Shown: piece after piece, positions 29,002 to 41,545 of the stretch
Layout of the letters: each line of letters opens with the position of its first letter
Numbering within the stretch: the stretch's first letter is position 1
Assembly: GCA_038870635.1 (NCBI GenBank)
Contig: JAVZJR010000001.1
Coordinates: forward strand, 90,133-154,132
Direction: 5' to 3'
Source of the DNA: Candidatus Bilamarchaeaceae archaeon
GTDB lineage: Archaea > Micrarchaeota > Micrarchaeia > Anstonellales > Bilamarchaeaceae
DNA: 64,000 bases
The notes under the pieces: model-generated
What the model was told of the DNA's origin: nothing
Databases searched by the model: none
The model's input: the letters and a program-made list of their open reading frames with translations, nothing else
Program-made: the position numbers and the translations under genes

Positions 29002-29504
29002 AGATATCTCTTAAATTTATCTACAATGGCCATACTGAGAACGCCATAACTTTTGTGTAGGCCGTGGGGGGCCGTTTCTTCTATTTTTTTTCTTGTTTCT
29101 TCATCAGATATTTGTATCTCAGCACTTATGTCGTTGAGATTAAAATTTATGTTAAAACCACGATAACCACTTTGCTTTGGTTTTGAGTAGTAATCATCAA
29201 CAGATGGTGATTTACCTTTGTTCTTTAGATTGGATATAATTTTTTTGGCAGTTTCTACGGCCTCCTTAACTTCATTAAACACCAATCGCGTACCAATAAG
29301 GTCGTTGATGTACCCTTTTTCTTCAAGCTTTAATGTTGCGCTTTCAGGTGACTTTATTCGCATTTCGACTTCGCAACTCTCCACACCCAAAAGCACTTTA
29401 AGATTTTCAATTGTCTTTTCTAAATCATTCTTTCGTACTTCAAGTTCTCTCTTAATTTTTTTAAGTGTAAGACCAAAAGATTTTTCAACTGCTTTTTCTC
29501 TCAA
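28998..29504 (-). CDS. Small RelA/SpoT-like (alarmone-synthetase fold) nucleotidyltransferase
   Basis: Motifs RIKSPESATLKLEEK (RxKxxxSxxxK), DLIGTRLVF (DxxGxRxV), SGYRGFNI (GYRS-like), AEIQIS (EIQIRT-like). Confidence 0.5.
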   Translation of the reverse strand: MREKAVEKSFGLTLKKIKRELEVRKNDLEKTIENLKVLLGVESCEVEMRIKSPESATLKLEEKGYINDLIGTRLVFNEVKEAVETAKKIISNLKNKGKSPSVDDYYSKPKQSGYRGFNINFNLNDISAEIQISDEETRKKIEETAPHGLHKSYGVLSMAIVDKFKRYL

Positions 29505-29994
29505 TTTTTTTACCAGTAGGCGGGTCTATGACCTCCGCAATCGCAGCGTAAACATAAAGAGTTTTTTTGGGGTCATCTACAATATTAGCCTCTGCCAGCA
29601 CAATTCGGGATATAAGTGTCGCCACGCTTATCTCGTTTTTAAGAATTTTATCTTCATATATTTTAAGTTCCTCTTTTCTTAATTCTTTTTCTTCAAGTAC
29701 CTCTACAATCCTAACTTCACTCATTATTTTAGAAAGTTTTAAAACATCAATAGTAGTAAGGGAAGGTCCGTTTATGCATTTAATTAAAAGATTGAGTACT
29801 GCATTCTCTTTGCTTTTCGGTACTGCAGTTAGAAGTGTTGCCAAAAATGCAGCATCCTTGTCTTCTCCTTTTGCGAGAGAATAAGCACGTTCTGCTAAAG
29901 GGATTCTCTCATATAGTGTTTTTTTATCACAAACGACTGACAGAATGGAAATGTATGTTTCAAACCCCCCAAGCACTTTGTTTTTGTGTACCAT
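29485..29994 (-). CDS. Hypothetical alpha-helical protein, upstream partner overlapping the RelA/SpoT-like gene by 20 nt
   Basis: ORF only; same strand, 3' end overlaps the downstream start. Confidence 0.35.
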   Translation of the reverse strand: MVHKNKVLGGFETYISILSVVCDKKTLYERIPLAERAYSLAKGEDKDAAFLATLLTAVPKSKENAVLNLLIKCINGPSLTTIDVLKLSKIMSEVRIVEVLEEKELRKEELKIYEDKILKNEISVATLISRIVLAEANIVDDPKKTLYVYAAIAEVIDPPTGKKIERKSS

Positions 29995-30091
29995 AATGTA
30001 ATATTATGTTAATACATTTTATAAACCTGACTACCACTTAAAAAACCAAAAGAATTTTAATCTAAAATGGCATAAAGAGGCAGGTGGGTTG

Positions 30092-31684
30092 ATGGAAGAA
30101 TTCAGTGAAAAAGAAAAAGAAATACTTCTAAAATTTGTAAGCAATACTGACAGAGATATATTTGTGCTAAAAAATCTGCCAGAAGTGGTAAAAGGAGCTC
30201 TTTTTTCTAGGTATAGTAGAAGCAGTAAAAGTTTGAGACGGCTTTTACTTGATGAATTTATAGAAAACAAAGATCTTGATATAAGACAACTTGCCAGTGA
30301 TACAAAAGATGACATAGTACTCACAAAAAAGGCCGAGGAGTTTTACGACCGTGTCTTGCTTGGTTTTGGTGATGATTCTGTTGCAGAACTCGCAGGAGCA
30401 CACATAGCACTTGAAAATATATCTATCATAGCAACTAAAGTAGTAGAGGACAACCGCATAGGAATTTCTCCACTTGAAAAATCTACTCGCTATGTTTATT
30501 TTGACAAAAAAGTGGATGGAAAATGGTTATACTACCGCGAACCCACACTTATGGAGAATATGCCAGAAGAGTACACAGAAGTTTGCGAAAGATGTTTTGA
30601 AACTTATGCTAGATTAATCTCTAATATATCAAAATATGTAAGTGAGAGACTCGAACGAGGAGAACTAAGTGAAAGAGCATATGAAGCAGTTGTAAGGGCA
30701 AAAACTTGTGATGTATTACGAGGACTTTTGCCTGCCAGTACACTAACAAACGTTGGGCTTTTTGGTAATGGCAGGGCTTTTGAATATCTTATAACAAAAC
30801 TCTACGCGAGTAATTTAGTCGAAATAAGAAATCTGGCGGCGACGATGGAGAATGAACTTAAAACAGTCATACCTTCATTTGTAAAAAGAGCAAGCGAAAA
30901 ACATGGAAAAGAAATGCGCGATTACATAAAAGCAACTACAGAGAGAACCAAAGCACTTGCACCGCATGAGCGTTCAGATGCAGCAGATATTGTAAGGATA
31001 ATTGATTACGAAAAAAATGCCTACCAAAAAGTTATTGCGGCGATTCTTTACCCGTATAGTGAACTATCACTTGAAGAATTAGAGAAAAGAGCAGAAATGC
31101 TGAGCGAAGAAGAGATAAGGAAAATAATCACTACCCATCTTGGAGAGAGAAAAAATAGAAGACACAAAGGAGGGAGAGGATTCGAAAGAATCTATTACAC
31201 ATTTGAAATATGCACTAATTTTGGTGCGTATAGAGATTTGCATAGACATAGAATGCTAACACAGCAAAGGCAACTTCTCACTACGAACTTGGGTTATGAT
31301 ATCCCTCACGAAATAGTAGATGCAGGATACGAAAAAGACTTTAAAGATGTAATGGAGGTTGCAAAAAACAACTATGAATTAATAGCAAATAAGTATAAAG
31401 AAGAAGCGCAATACGTAGTACCTTTAGCCTATCGCATCCGCTGGATGATAACAATGAATCTGCGAGAGGTATACCATCTTTGCGAAATAAGAAGTACACA
31501 ACATGGACACAGAGATTACAGAAAGGTTGCACAAGAAATATACAAAAAAATAAAAGAGACTCACCCATTACTGGCAGAGGGAATGATGGTTGACATGAAT
31601 GAATATGAATTTGAAAGATTGGAAGCAGAGAAAAAAATTGACAAAAAAATAGAGAGCATAAAACAAAAGTATAATAAGGTATAA
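30092..31684 (+). CDS. thyX: Flavin-dependent thymidylate synthase ThyX, long (~530 aa, two-lobed) form
   Basis: YRDLHRHRM ThyX signature in the C-terminal half and a ThyX-like N-terminal half; AGGTGGG SD; ATG at 30092. Confidence 0.7.
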   Translation: MEEFSEKEKEILLKFVSNTDRDIFVLKNLPEVVKGALFSRYSRSSKSLRRLLLDEFIENKDLDIRQLASDTKDDIVLTKKAEEFYDRVLLGFGDDSVAELAGAHIALENISIIATKVVEDNRIGISPLEKSTRYVYFDKKVDGKWLYYREPTLMENMPEEYTEVCERCFETYARLISNISKYVSERLERGELSERAYEAVVRAKTCDVLRGLLPASTLTNVGLFGNGRAFEYLITKLYASNLVEIRNLAATMENELKTVIPSFVKRASEKHGKEMRDYIKATTERTKALAPHERSDAADIVRIIDYEKNAYQKVIAAILYPYSELSLEELEKRAEMLSEEEIRKIITTHLGERKNRRHKGGRGFERIYYTFEICTNFGAYRDLHRHRMLTQQRQLLTTNLGYDIPHEIVDAGYEKDFKDVMEVAKNNYELIANKYKEEAQYVVPLAYRIRWMITMNLREVYHLCEIRSTQHGHRDYRKVAQEIYKKIKETHPLLAEGMMVDMNEYEFERLEAEKKIDKKIESIKQKYNKV

Positions 31685-31686
31685 AA

Positions 31687-32607
31687 ATGAAAAATAAAAA
31701 AATTTTCTTAATTGGCGCAAACGGAAGGTTAGGAAAAAAAATTTGCCAAAAATTATACGAAGAAGGTTTATCTTTTATTCCAATAGTTCGTAAACAAAGT
31801 GGACTAAAAAATGAGATAGTTTGCAACTTTAGCATAGAAGAACTTAGAGAAATACTCAAAAAAGCAGATGTAATAATAAACACGGCAGGCTCAACAAAAA
31901 CATATGATAAAAGGGAAATGGAAAGAGGAAATGTTGAGCTTGTAAAAAATATTGTAGAAGCTGCACCAAAAAATGCAAAGATAATACATGCTAGTTCAAT
32001 ATCTGTTTATGGAAAAATGTTAGCAAAAAAACCTGCTGATGAACAAACCCCGATAAGACCAGATAGTGAATATGCAAAAACAAAATATGAAGCAGAAAAA
32101 ATATTATCTCAAAATAAAAATGTAGTGGTATTAAGAATAGGCACAATATACGATGAAAGTGATGATTACGTATACATAGTAAAAAAAATAAAAGAAGGAA
32201 AGATGTATATTATAGGAAATGGAAACAATCGTATACCATTTGTACACATCGATGACGTTGCTTCTGCTTTTTTGGCGGCCCTCAAAGCACCACCAGGGGT
32301 TTACAACATAGTCGGTGACCCAATAACACAAAAAGAAGCCTATCAAATAGTTTCAAATGTTTTGGGTGTAAAACCACCTCAAAAACACATACCATTTTGG
32401 CTCGCTAATTTATACGCCTTCATCGAAGAAAAAGTATCAAGTATATGGGGGAAAAAACCAAAAATAACAAGAGAGCATGTAGCCATTCTTTTTTTTGATA
32501 GAGTATTTGACTGCAGCCTAGCAAAAGAAGTACTTGGTTTTAATCCACAAAAAAACGCAGATGGAATAAAAAAAGTTACTGAAACAATATTACAAAAAAA
32601 TTTGTAG
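31687..32607 (+). CDS. NAD(P)-dependent epimerase/dehydratase family (SDR) protein
   Basis: N-terminal Rossmann IGANGRLGKKI and YxxxK-type SDR fold. Confidence 0.65.
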   Translation: MKNKKIFLIGANGRLGKKICQKLYEEGLSFIPIVRKQSGLKNEIVCNFSIEELREILKKADVIINTAGSTKTYDKREMERGNVELVKNIVEAAPKNAKIIHASSISVYGKMLAKKPADEQTPIRPDSEYAKTKYEAEKILSQNKNVVVLRIGTIYDESDDYVYIVKKIKEGKMYIIGNGNNRIPFVHIDDVASAFLAALKAPPGVYNIVGDPITQKEAYQIVSNVLGVKPPQKHIPFWLANLYAFIEEKVSSIWGKKPKITREHVAILFFDRVFDCSLAKEVLGFNPQKNADGIKKVTETILQKNL

Positions 32608-32619
32608 ATACAAATAAAT

Positions 32620-34820
<2,201 letters not shown>

Positions 34821-34844
<24 letters not shown>

Positions 34845-35210
34845 ACGAAATGCTTTTCTTGGTTTATCCACCCAAAGAGCAATAATACCTTTTTCACCAT
34901 TACCCGCTATTAATCTCATATTTTTTATGAGAATCTTTTGCTCTGCTAAAACATTCTTTATATTCTCCATTTTACGAAGATAATCAGGAACTCTTAAAAC
35001 CATCGTGTTTTTTTCAACAATTTCAAAACCATTTTTAGCAAGTGCTTCTTTTGCATTGTTAGCATCACGAACAAGTATAGATATTGCTGTCTTTCCACCT
35101 GCTGCCTCAATACTCATATTCTCTACTCTTACACCTTCCTTCCCAAGGATATAAAATAGCTCTGTCAAAAGATTTGGTCTTTCATCTGCTAGTACAACTA
35201 CTGATTGCAT
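34821..35210 (-). CDS. Tandem ACT-domain protein
   Basis: Two beta-alpha-beta-beta-alpha-beta ACT-like halves (VVVLADERPNLLTELFYILGKEGVRVENMSI…). Confidence 0.45.
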
Positions 35211-35220
35211 CTGAACCCCT

Positions 35221-35553
35221 TCATAAATACTTTCTTATATCTTCAGATATAGAATCAAGAATTTGGAATGTTCTATAACCTTCAGGGGTACCTAAAGCAG
35301 CTGATTTTATCTTAGCTTGATTTATTAAGCGGACTAAATCTATCTTTTCATTTGGCTCAAGCGCAACACCAGAAACAATGAAATCTCTTAATTTTATTAT
35401 TGCTTCTACGACTGCCTCTTGCTTTTGACTGAACTCGTTATAATTAAGCAAACTAACGGTTTCAAGTTGATTTCGCGCCTTTACAAAATCATCCTTAATC
35501 ATATTGATATTGAGTTTTTCTTTTGATGTAAACATACTCAACAAACAAACCAT
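35221..35553 (-). CDS. Hypothetical helical protein
   Basis: ORF only. Confidence 0.3.
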   Translation of the reverse strand: MVCLLSMFTSKEKLNINMIKDDFVKARNQLETVSLLNYNEFSQKQEAVVEAIIKLRDFIVSGVALEPNEKIDLVRLINQAKIKSAALGTPEGYRTFQILDSISEDIRKYL

Positions 35554-35825
35554 ACAACCACCCCATTTTTATTTTATGTATTGTGAAGTATTTATATATT
35601 TTGTAAAAAAATATGTGAAAAAATTAAATAAAAAAGCCTATTTATTGTGTTTTTTATAAAAAATTAAGCTAAAAAAACATAAAAAAATAATAATAACAAC
35701 GCTTAAAACACCATTTCAGAAGAGAAATTAAAAATGTGAAAAAACACTAAGAGAACTAATTAAAAATGTTTTTGAAGAAATACAGTCGCTGATATATAAA
35801 AATTATTAAAACAAGGGTCAATTTT

Positions 35826-36920
35826 ATGAACTTCCCAAATATATATAATATAAAAGGTTATAGAATTTTAGCAATCCCACCTTTGATTTTGCTTCTAGTT
35901 GCTATTCTATACATACCACATATAAAACTGGGTGTAGAATTCAATGGCGGCACTCTTCTCTCTCTTGATTTAGAGGAAAAAATGGTTGACACTTCTGTAT
36001 TAAAGAACACGCTTATTGCTAATGGTCTACAAGGAAACGTAAAGATGTATGACACACCCGTCGGACAAAGAGTAGAAATAGAATTGCCACAAAGTGATAC
36101 TTTAATAAAAGCAGAAAAACTCCGAGCGGAATTTGATAAAAATTTAGCAAGCGCAAGCACTCTCGAAGTTGAAGCAGAACAAAATAGCACAAAAAAAGCA
36201 GAATATGAAAAAAAATACTCTGAATGCGAAGAAATAGTCAAAGATATGTATTCGCTTGCTGGTATGGAGTACCAGCCTTCAGAAAAAAAGAGCGTCAATG
36301 AATTAGATAAAAAAATATCCTTAGCATATAAAGAAATATACTCTAATTATGAAAAGTCAATCGTAGGCCCAATAAATAAAGTAGTTAAGTACAAAAGCAT
36401 GTCGATAAAAACAATTAGCCCAATTTTAAGCGCAAGTTTCATAGATACTGCGATAAAAGTAGCGCTAGTGGCCGCGGTACTTTCCTCAGTATTTATATTC
36501 GCTTATTTTAGGGCAGTAGTGCCCAGCATTGCGGTGTTAGTTGGCGCGACCTGTGATATAGTTATAGCATTAGGTGCAATGGGGTTCTTTGGCATACCAT
36601 TAACATTAGCATCATTTGCTGCATTATTAATGCTTGTAGGTTTCTCCCTTGACACAGATATTCTTTTGACTATGAGAATGTTAAAACAAAAAGGAAGTCC
36701 ACGAGAACACGCCTATGATGCTATGAAAACAGGACTCACAATGAGTACAATGGCACTTGTTTCTTTTGGCATTCTTTTCATATTGGCTAATATAACACAC
36801 ATAAGCACTTATTATGAAATCGCAGGTGTTGCTTTGGCAGGTTTGGTAGGAGACATGTTTGCTACGTGGGGCATAAATGCAGTAATGCTTCTTTATTACT
36901 TAGAACAAAGGAGGGGATAG
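35826..36920 (+). CDS. secF: Protein-export membrane protein SecF
   Basis: N-terminal TM, periplasmic domain, C-terminal 5-TM bundle; paired with the larger SecD immediately downstream. Confidence 0.65.
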   Translation: MNFPNIYNIKGYRILAIPPLILLLVAILYIPHIKLGVEFNGGTLLSLDLEEKMVDTSVLKNTLIANGLQGNVKMYDTPVGQRVEIELPQSDTLIKAEKLRAEFDKNLASASTLEVEAEQNSTKKAEYEKKYSECEEIVKDMYSLAGMEYQPSEKKSVNELDKKISLAYKEIYSNYEKSIVGPINKVVKYKSMSIKTISPILSASFIDTAIKVALVAAVLSSVFIFAYFRAVVPSIAVLVGATCDIVIALGAMGFFGIPLTLASFAALLMLVGFSLDTDILLTMRMLKQKGSPREHAYDAMKTGLTMSTMALVSFGILFILANITHISTYYEIAGVALAGLVGDMFATWGINAVMLLYYLEQRRG

Positions 36921-36923
36921 ACT

Positions 36924-38651
36924 ATGGATAGTAAATTTTTGATCTTACTAGTACTTTTCCTTATAGTTGGAGCCAGTATAATAAATTGGGGGACTTATGC
37001 TGGCATAATTCTAATATTTGCCATAATTGTTTTTGGCGGTCTGTCCCTATTCTGGAAGGAAAAAAACATAAAAATAGCAGGTTTGGTTTTTATACTTTTA
37101 CTATCGCTTGTGAACATAGGTGTGAATGGGCTCAAATTTGGTATTGACTTTAAAGGTGGAACAAGGATTCCAGTAATTTTAGAAAGGTCAGTTGACGATC
37201 AAACGATGACAAAGATGGTATCTATAATAAAAGAGAGAGCCGGTGCTTTTGGGCTATCTGAAGTAAAAGTAAGGGCAGTAGGAAACAACCAAATAGATGT
37301 AGAAATACCCAGCAGCGACGAACAGAGAATAAAAACTATAGAAGATGTTCTATCTCACAAAGGCGTATACTGGGGCGTTATAGATGGAAGAATAGCGATA
37401 AGCGGTGACCACATATTCTCTAAATCCATCGGTGCCATGGATCAACAATCCTTATTAAGAAGCGGCGCGGATTGGGGAATAAGTTTTATGGTTGACCGCG
37501 AAGGCGCAGAGATGTTTGCAAGAGCAGCAAAAGGCAAAGGAGATTATCCTGTTTATATGTTTTTAGATAGACCAAATGACGCAGATATATTTTACACTAG
37601 AGCGGAAATACGCGCAGTGATGCTTGGCGACAGCGGAGAAAAAGAAACTATTACTTCTTTAAAGAATGCTCTAAAATTAAATGATGGTAGCACTATTGGA
37701 GTATATATACTTGACGATGTTCTAAATTCTACCAACATTACAATTGGGCCTCGAACTAACAATACGATTGCCATTGTGAGTAAGAATGCATCGGTGGAAT
37801 ATAAACAAAAACTTGAAGAATTAGGTTATAAGGTGAAAGAAACAGAATGGGAAACAATGAAACCTGATTTCATAAGAACAACAACAGGGGTTCTTGTTGT
37901 AGAAAAACTCGAAGCAGTTGGGCTTTTATCTGCTCCAATATTAAATCCTGATCTTGGTGCAGGCACACCTGCTTACAACTTTGCCATAACAGGAAGTCTC
38001 GGAAACGTAACAGGTGCTCAAAAAGCTCTTTTAGCAAGAGAAAAAATGCAGTACATGGAATCGATATTAAAGGGTGGTTCCCTCCCAGTAGGAATATCAT
38101 TAGGTTCACGCACTACTGTCCCACCAACGTTGGGTGAACAATTCTTAAACCTCAGTATGATAAGTATTGCTATATCGCTCATAGTAATATCTTTATTAAT
38201 AGGTTTGCGTTATAGAAATATAAAAGCGACTCTCCCAATAGTAGCAATTAGCCTTACTGAATTTGCAATATTAATATCAGTGCTGGGTTCTTTCACAATA
38301 GATTTGGCTGCGATAGCAGGTATTCTCGCCGCAATCGGCGTAGGTGTAGATGCCCAAATAGTTATAACAGACGAACTGCTCAAGAAAGATAAAAGAGAAA
38401 CAGAAGAGAAAATAGGCTATGCCTTTGAAATAATAAAAACAAACGTCATCGTAGCATCATTGTCAATGCTACCACTTTTATTCTCAAAAATAATATCTGG
38501 CGTAATTGTTGTCGAGATTATTGGATTTGCAATATCGACAATACTCGGCGCACTACTTGGTTATCTTCTTTCAAGACCTGCCTACGCTGTAATAGTGGAA
38601 TACATAATAGAAAGGAATGAGAAGGAAGAAAATAAAAGTTCAGCTAAATAA
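36924..38651 (+). CDS. secD: Protein-export membrane protein SecD
   Basis: GIDFKGGTRI motif, large periplasmic domain, C-terminal TM bundle; GGAGGGG SD. Confidence 0.7.
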   Translation: MDSKFLILLVLFLIVGASIINWGTYAGIILIFAIIVFGGLSLFWKEKNIKIAGLVFILLLSLVNIGVNGLKFGIDFKGGTRIPVILERSVDDQTMTKMVSIIKERAGAFGLSEVKVRAVGNNQIDVEIPSSDEQRIKTIEDVLSHKGVYWGVIDGRIAISGDHIFSKSIGAMDQQSLLRSGADWGISFMVDREGAEMFARAAKGKGDYPVYMFLDRPNDADIFYTRAEIRAVMLGDSGEKETITSLKNALKLNDGSTIGVYILDDVLNSTNITIGPRTNNTIAIVSKNASVEYKQKLEELGYKVKETEWETMKPDFIRTTTGVLVVEKLEAVGLLSAPILNPDLGAGTPAYNFAITGSLGNVTGAQKALLAREKMQYMESILKGGSLPVGISLGSRTTVPPTLGEQFLNLSMISIAISLIVISLLIGLRYRNIKATLPIVAISLTEFAILISVLGSFTIDLAAIAGILAAIGVGVDAQIVITDELLKKDKRETEEKIGYAFEIIKTNVIVASLSMLPLLFSKIISGVIVVEIIGFAISTILGALLGYLLSRPAYAVIVEYIIERNEKEENKSSAK

Positions 38652-38655
38652 AAAA

Positions 38656-39387
38656 TTAACCATACATACTTCCACCAGCGCTCTCTTCTACAGTGGCACC
38701 GCGCTTTGATACTTTTGACTTTATAAGTGCTTCCTTTGTTCCTTTTGCTTCTTTATCTAAACGAGCGGTGCTTATTTCGACGTTTAAGATTTTTGCCAAA
38801 GCTTTTAGAACGCGCGATGCTGCATCAGCATCAAGATATTCGTCAGAGGATTCAGCAAGGAGAGTGATAATTGGAAATTTTTCAAGAGCGCCTTTAGTCA
38901 ATAACAAACCAGTTACTCCTGTTGTTGCACCCTCTCTAATCGGTTTAGCAATGCGTTTCTCAGTTATATCTTTTGTCATCTCTTTATTGCTCGCGATAAC
39001 ATAAACTTCGGTTTTACCTTCTTTTAATGAAATGCCACCGATACTTATTATTTTATTGCATTTTAAAGATTTGGCAAAATCGAATATAGCATCAGCAAGG
39101 GGCGCAGCTAAAACAACAGGGACGGACATTTCAGAAAGAACAAGAATAAGATTATACTTCTCAGAATAGTGAATGCGGGCCGCAGGCATAGGTGTATAAT
39201 CATGAATGGCTGCAAGTGGCGCAAATTCTTCGCTCTCTATATAACCGCCAAAATCAAGTTTGAGCACGTCTATTAAATGAGAAGCAGCGACACTTCCTAC
39301 AAGGCCAGTGCCTGGAAAACCTACAATTACAGTAGGGTTCTTAAGATTACTAAAGTTTGCCATTTTCTTAATCTCTACGATTGCCAT
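38656..39387 (-). CDS. PAC2-family protein (putative proteasome assembly chaperone PbaA/B-like)
   Basis: N-terminal VIVGFPGTGLVGSVAASHL resembles the archaeal PAC2 / COG1938 family. Confidence 0.5.
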   Translation of the reverse strand: MAIVEIKKMANFSNLKNPTVIVGFPGTGLVGSVAASHLIDVLKLDFGGYIESEEFAPLAAIHDYTPMPAARIHYSEKYNLILVLSEMSVPVVLAAPLADAIFDFAKSLKCNKIISIGGISLKEGKTEVYVIASNKEMTKDITEKRIAKPIREGATTGVTGLLLTKGALEKFPIITLLAESSDEYLDADAASRVLKALAKILNVEISTARLDKEAKGTKEALIKSKVSKRGATVEESAGGSMYG

Positions 39388-39479
39388 AAGATAATTCCTT
39401 CACTTGCATTTAAAACATTTTTGTTTTTTGTTAAAAGTAAATATTTAATATTTAACTTGGTAAATTGAGAGGCGAGGAA

Positions 39480-40394
39480 ATGAAACTAATTGAAAAGAAT
39501 AACAAATATAGAATTTATGAGGTAAAAAAGAAAGGCTTACCAAAAAACACCTATATTGTATGTTCAAATGATACACGTTCGATACTATATAATCCACAAA
39601 TTGCAGGAAAAAAATTACACGACAGGATGGAGAGGGTAAGCAAAATATTTATTGACTTAATAAGAAAAAAAGCATTAGACAAAAACGATAAAGAAAATGT
39701 TGTTGAATTTGTGCTTTTGAGCGGTGGGTTATATTATAGGTTAGCTGACAGTTTTAGAAAGTTGTGTGGTTATGCACTACCTCAATGCTTTCTTGGAATA
39801 AAAAGACAGAGAGTAGAGGGAACTGAGGGCTCATTTCAGGCAGTTTCAACATATGAGAATTTTGAAGCATTGCCTAAAAAGGCGGTGGTCATTGTAGGGG
39901 ATACGATAGCAACAGGAGCGACTATGATTAGGGCGCTACACGATCTTGAAAGAGCTGCAGAAGAAAACAAAGGAAAAATAAAAAAACTCATAGTGTGCTC
40001 GCTTGCCTGTTCAACAGATGGTGCAAGAAAACTAAAAGATGTTGAAGAAAAATTCAGGAAAAAAAATAAAGAGTTTAAGCTATACTTAATAGTTGCAGAG
40101 CAGTTATACCACCTTATGCCAGATGGCACTGATCTTCGATTTCTTTGGCCAGATAGTATAATGCCGGATGAAACAAAAGAGTATACACTAAAAAGATATG
40201 GCAAGAAACTTGGAAAAGAAATGAAATGTGCTGTTTTTGATTGGGGTACACGTTGCAAAAATCCAAAAAAGCATTATGAAGAATTTTTAGAATTTGCAGA
40301 GTTTGCATTAAAAAATTTAGATTTAGACAGCAAAGGCAAAAATGAAATAAAAAGAATGGTAGATGAAGTAAAAAAAGAAATTAAAAACTATTAG
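39480..40394 (+). CDS. Type I phosphoribosyltransferase-domain protein
   Basis: PRPP-binding loop AVVIVGDTIATGATM; start at ATG after a GAGGCGAGGAA SD. Confidence 0.5.
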   Translation: MKLIEKNNKYRIYEVKKKGLPKNTYIVCSNDTRSILYNPQIAGKKLHDRMERVSKIFIDLIRKKALDKNDKENVVEFVLLSGGLYYRLADSFRKLCGYALPQCFLGIKRQRVEGTEGSFQAVSTYENFEALPKKAVVIVGDTIATGATMIRALHDLERAAEENKGKIKKLIVCSLACSTDGARKLKDVEEKFRKKNKEFKLYLIVAEQLYHLMPDGTDLRFLWPDSIMPDETKEYTLKRYGKKLGKEMKCAVFDWGTRCKNPKKHYEEFLEFAEFALKNLDLDSKGKNEIKRMVDEVKKEIKNY

Positions 40395-41491
40395 ACGGAA
40401 GAGTCATCAAAGACATAGTCAAATGAAGAAAGAGCAATTCTTCCGAATACTTCTTTAGTTATCAAAAGTATTTTTTCTTCTGCTTCCTTCGCAGCTTTTT
40501 TCTCCTTTTCAGTCGTAGGGAATGATTTTCCAGGAATAGCGCCTATAACAGCAGATATTAAACCTGTTTTTATGCTTATCCCTTCGAGAGTAAACTTTTT
40601 TGCTAAAAAGTCTATGACTAATTGTTCCATTTCGGTACTAATGACACCGTATTTCTTATTTAATTCAACGAATTCTTTCTCGCCCATTTCAGCATAGAGA
40701 GAGTCTTTTGTAAAATTAGGCCCAATAGCAAAAGAAATGTTGCGCAATTTTACAACTTTTTTAAACTCACCAACCAATTCGTCAGAACATTTTGTAATCA
40801 AGTATTTTTTATCTTTAGTTAAAATAATATCTGAACTTTCAAAGTCGCCAGAAAGATCTGCTGCTTTTAAAAGCTCTTTTTTTGCATTCACCGCGCTTCT
40901 CCCAACAAAGTCAAGTATCCCAAGATAAGATTGAATTATTGCGCCAACAGCGCCAATATTAAAGTTCGCTATTGCGACGTCACCTATACTAACAGAAGGT
41001 ATAAAAGGGTCATCACTATTTACTCCAGCACACGTTCCTGCACGTACAACATAGATGCTTTCTTTTCCATTTATAATTTTATTATTATAAGAGTACTGTC
41101 CTTGTCTTGTGAAATAAAGAAGCTCATGCATGTTTATTTGAGTGGCAGGACAGCCCATTTGTGTTTCCACTACAGAAATTGGAAAATCAATGCCCCCGGA
41201 TTCTGCAATTCCAACAAGTATGCTAACTCGTCCATAAGCAGAAGTGCCAAATTTCTTAAGCGCGTATTCATCTATAAAAACAGAATCGCGAAGTTTAAGT
41301 ATTTCTTTTGCTTTCATAACACGAACACGACTGCCAACGCAGATCATAAAAGGAGGGAGCATGCAGTGGTTTTCTCTTAGATAAGGTACATCTTTCCATT
41401 TTCCTAAATCGTAAAGATGACCGACTGCTGTATGCGTCCCTAGCGGTTTGAGTTTTTTCCTATCATAAAGAGTTTTTTTCTGCTTTAACAT
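40391..41491 (-). CDS. PNP/UDP-family nucleoside phosphorylase-like protein with N-terminal extension
   Basis: VVETQMGCPA…GTCAGV…ISTEMEQ pattern of the PNP_UDP_1 fold. Confidence 0.5.
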   Translation of the reverse strand: MLKQKKTLYDRKKLKPLGTHTAVGHLYDLGKWKDVPYLRENHCMLPPFMICVGSRVRVMKAKEILKLRDSVFIDEYALKKFGTSAYGRVSILVGIAESGGIDFPISVVETQMGCPATQINMHELLYFTRQGQYSYNNKIINGKESIYVVRAGTCAGVNSDDPFIPSVSIGDVAIANFNIGAVGAIIQSYLGILDFVGRSAVNAKKELLKAADLSGDFESSDIILTKDKKYLITKCSDELVGEFKKVVKLRNISFAIGPNFTKDSLYAEMGEKEFVELNKKYGVISTEMEQLVIDFLAKKFTLEGISIKTGLISAVIGAIPGKSFPTTEKEKKAAKEAEEKILLITKEVFGRIALSSFDYVFDDSSV

Positions 41492-41545
41492 AAAAAACCC
41501 CCTAATACAACGAAGATAATTATAATTACGAGTATTTAAAAACCA

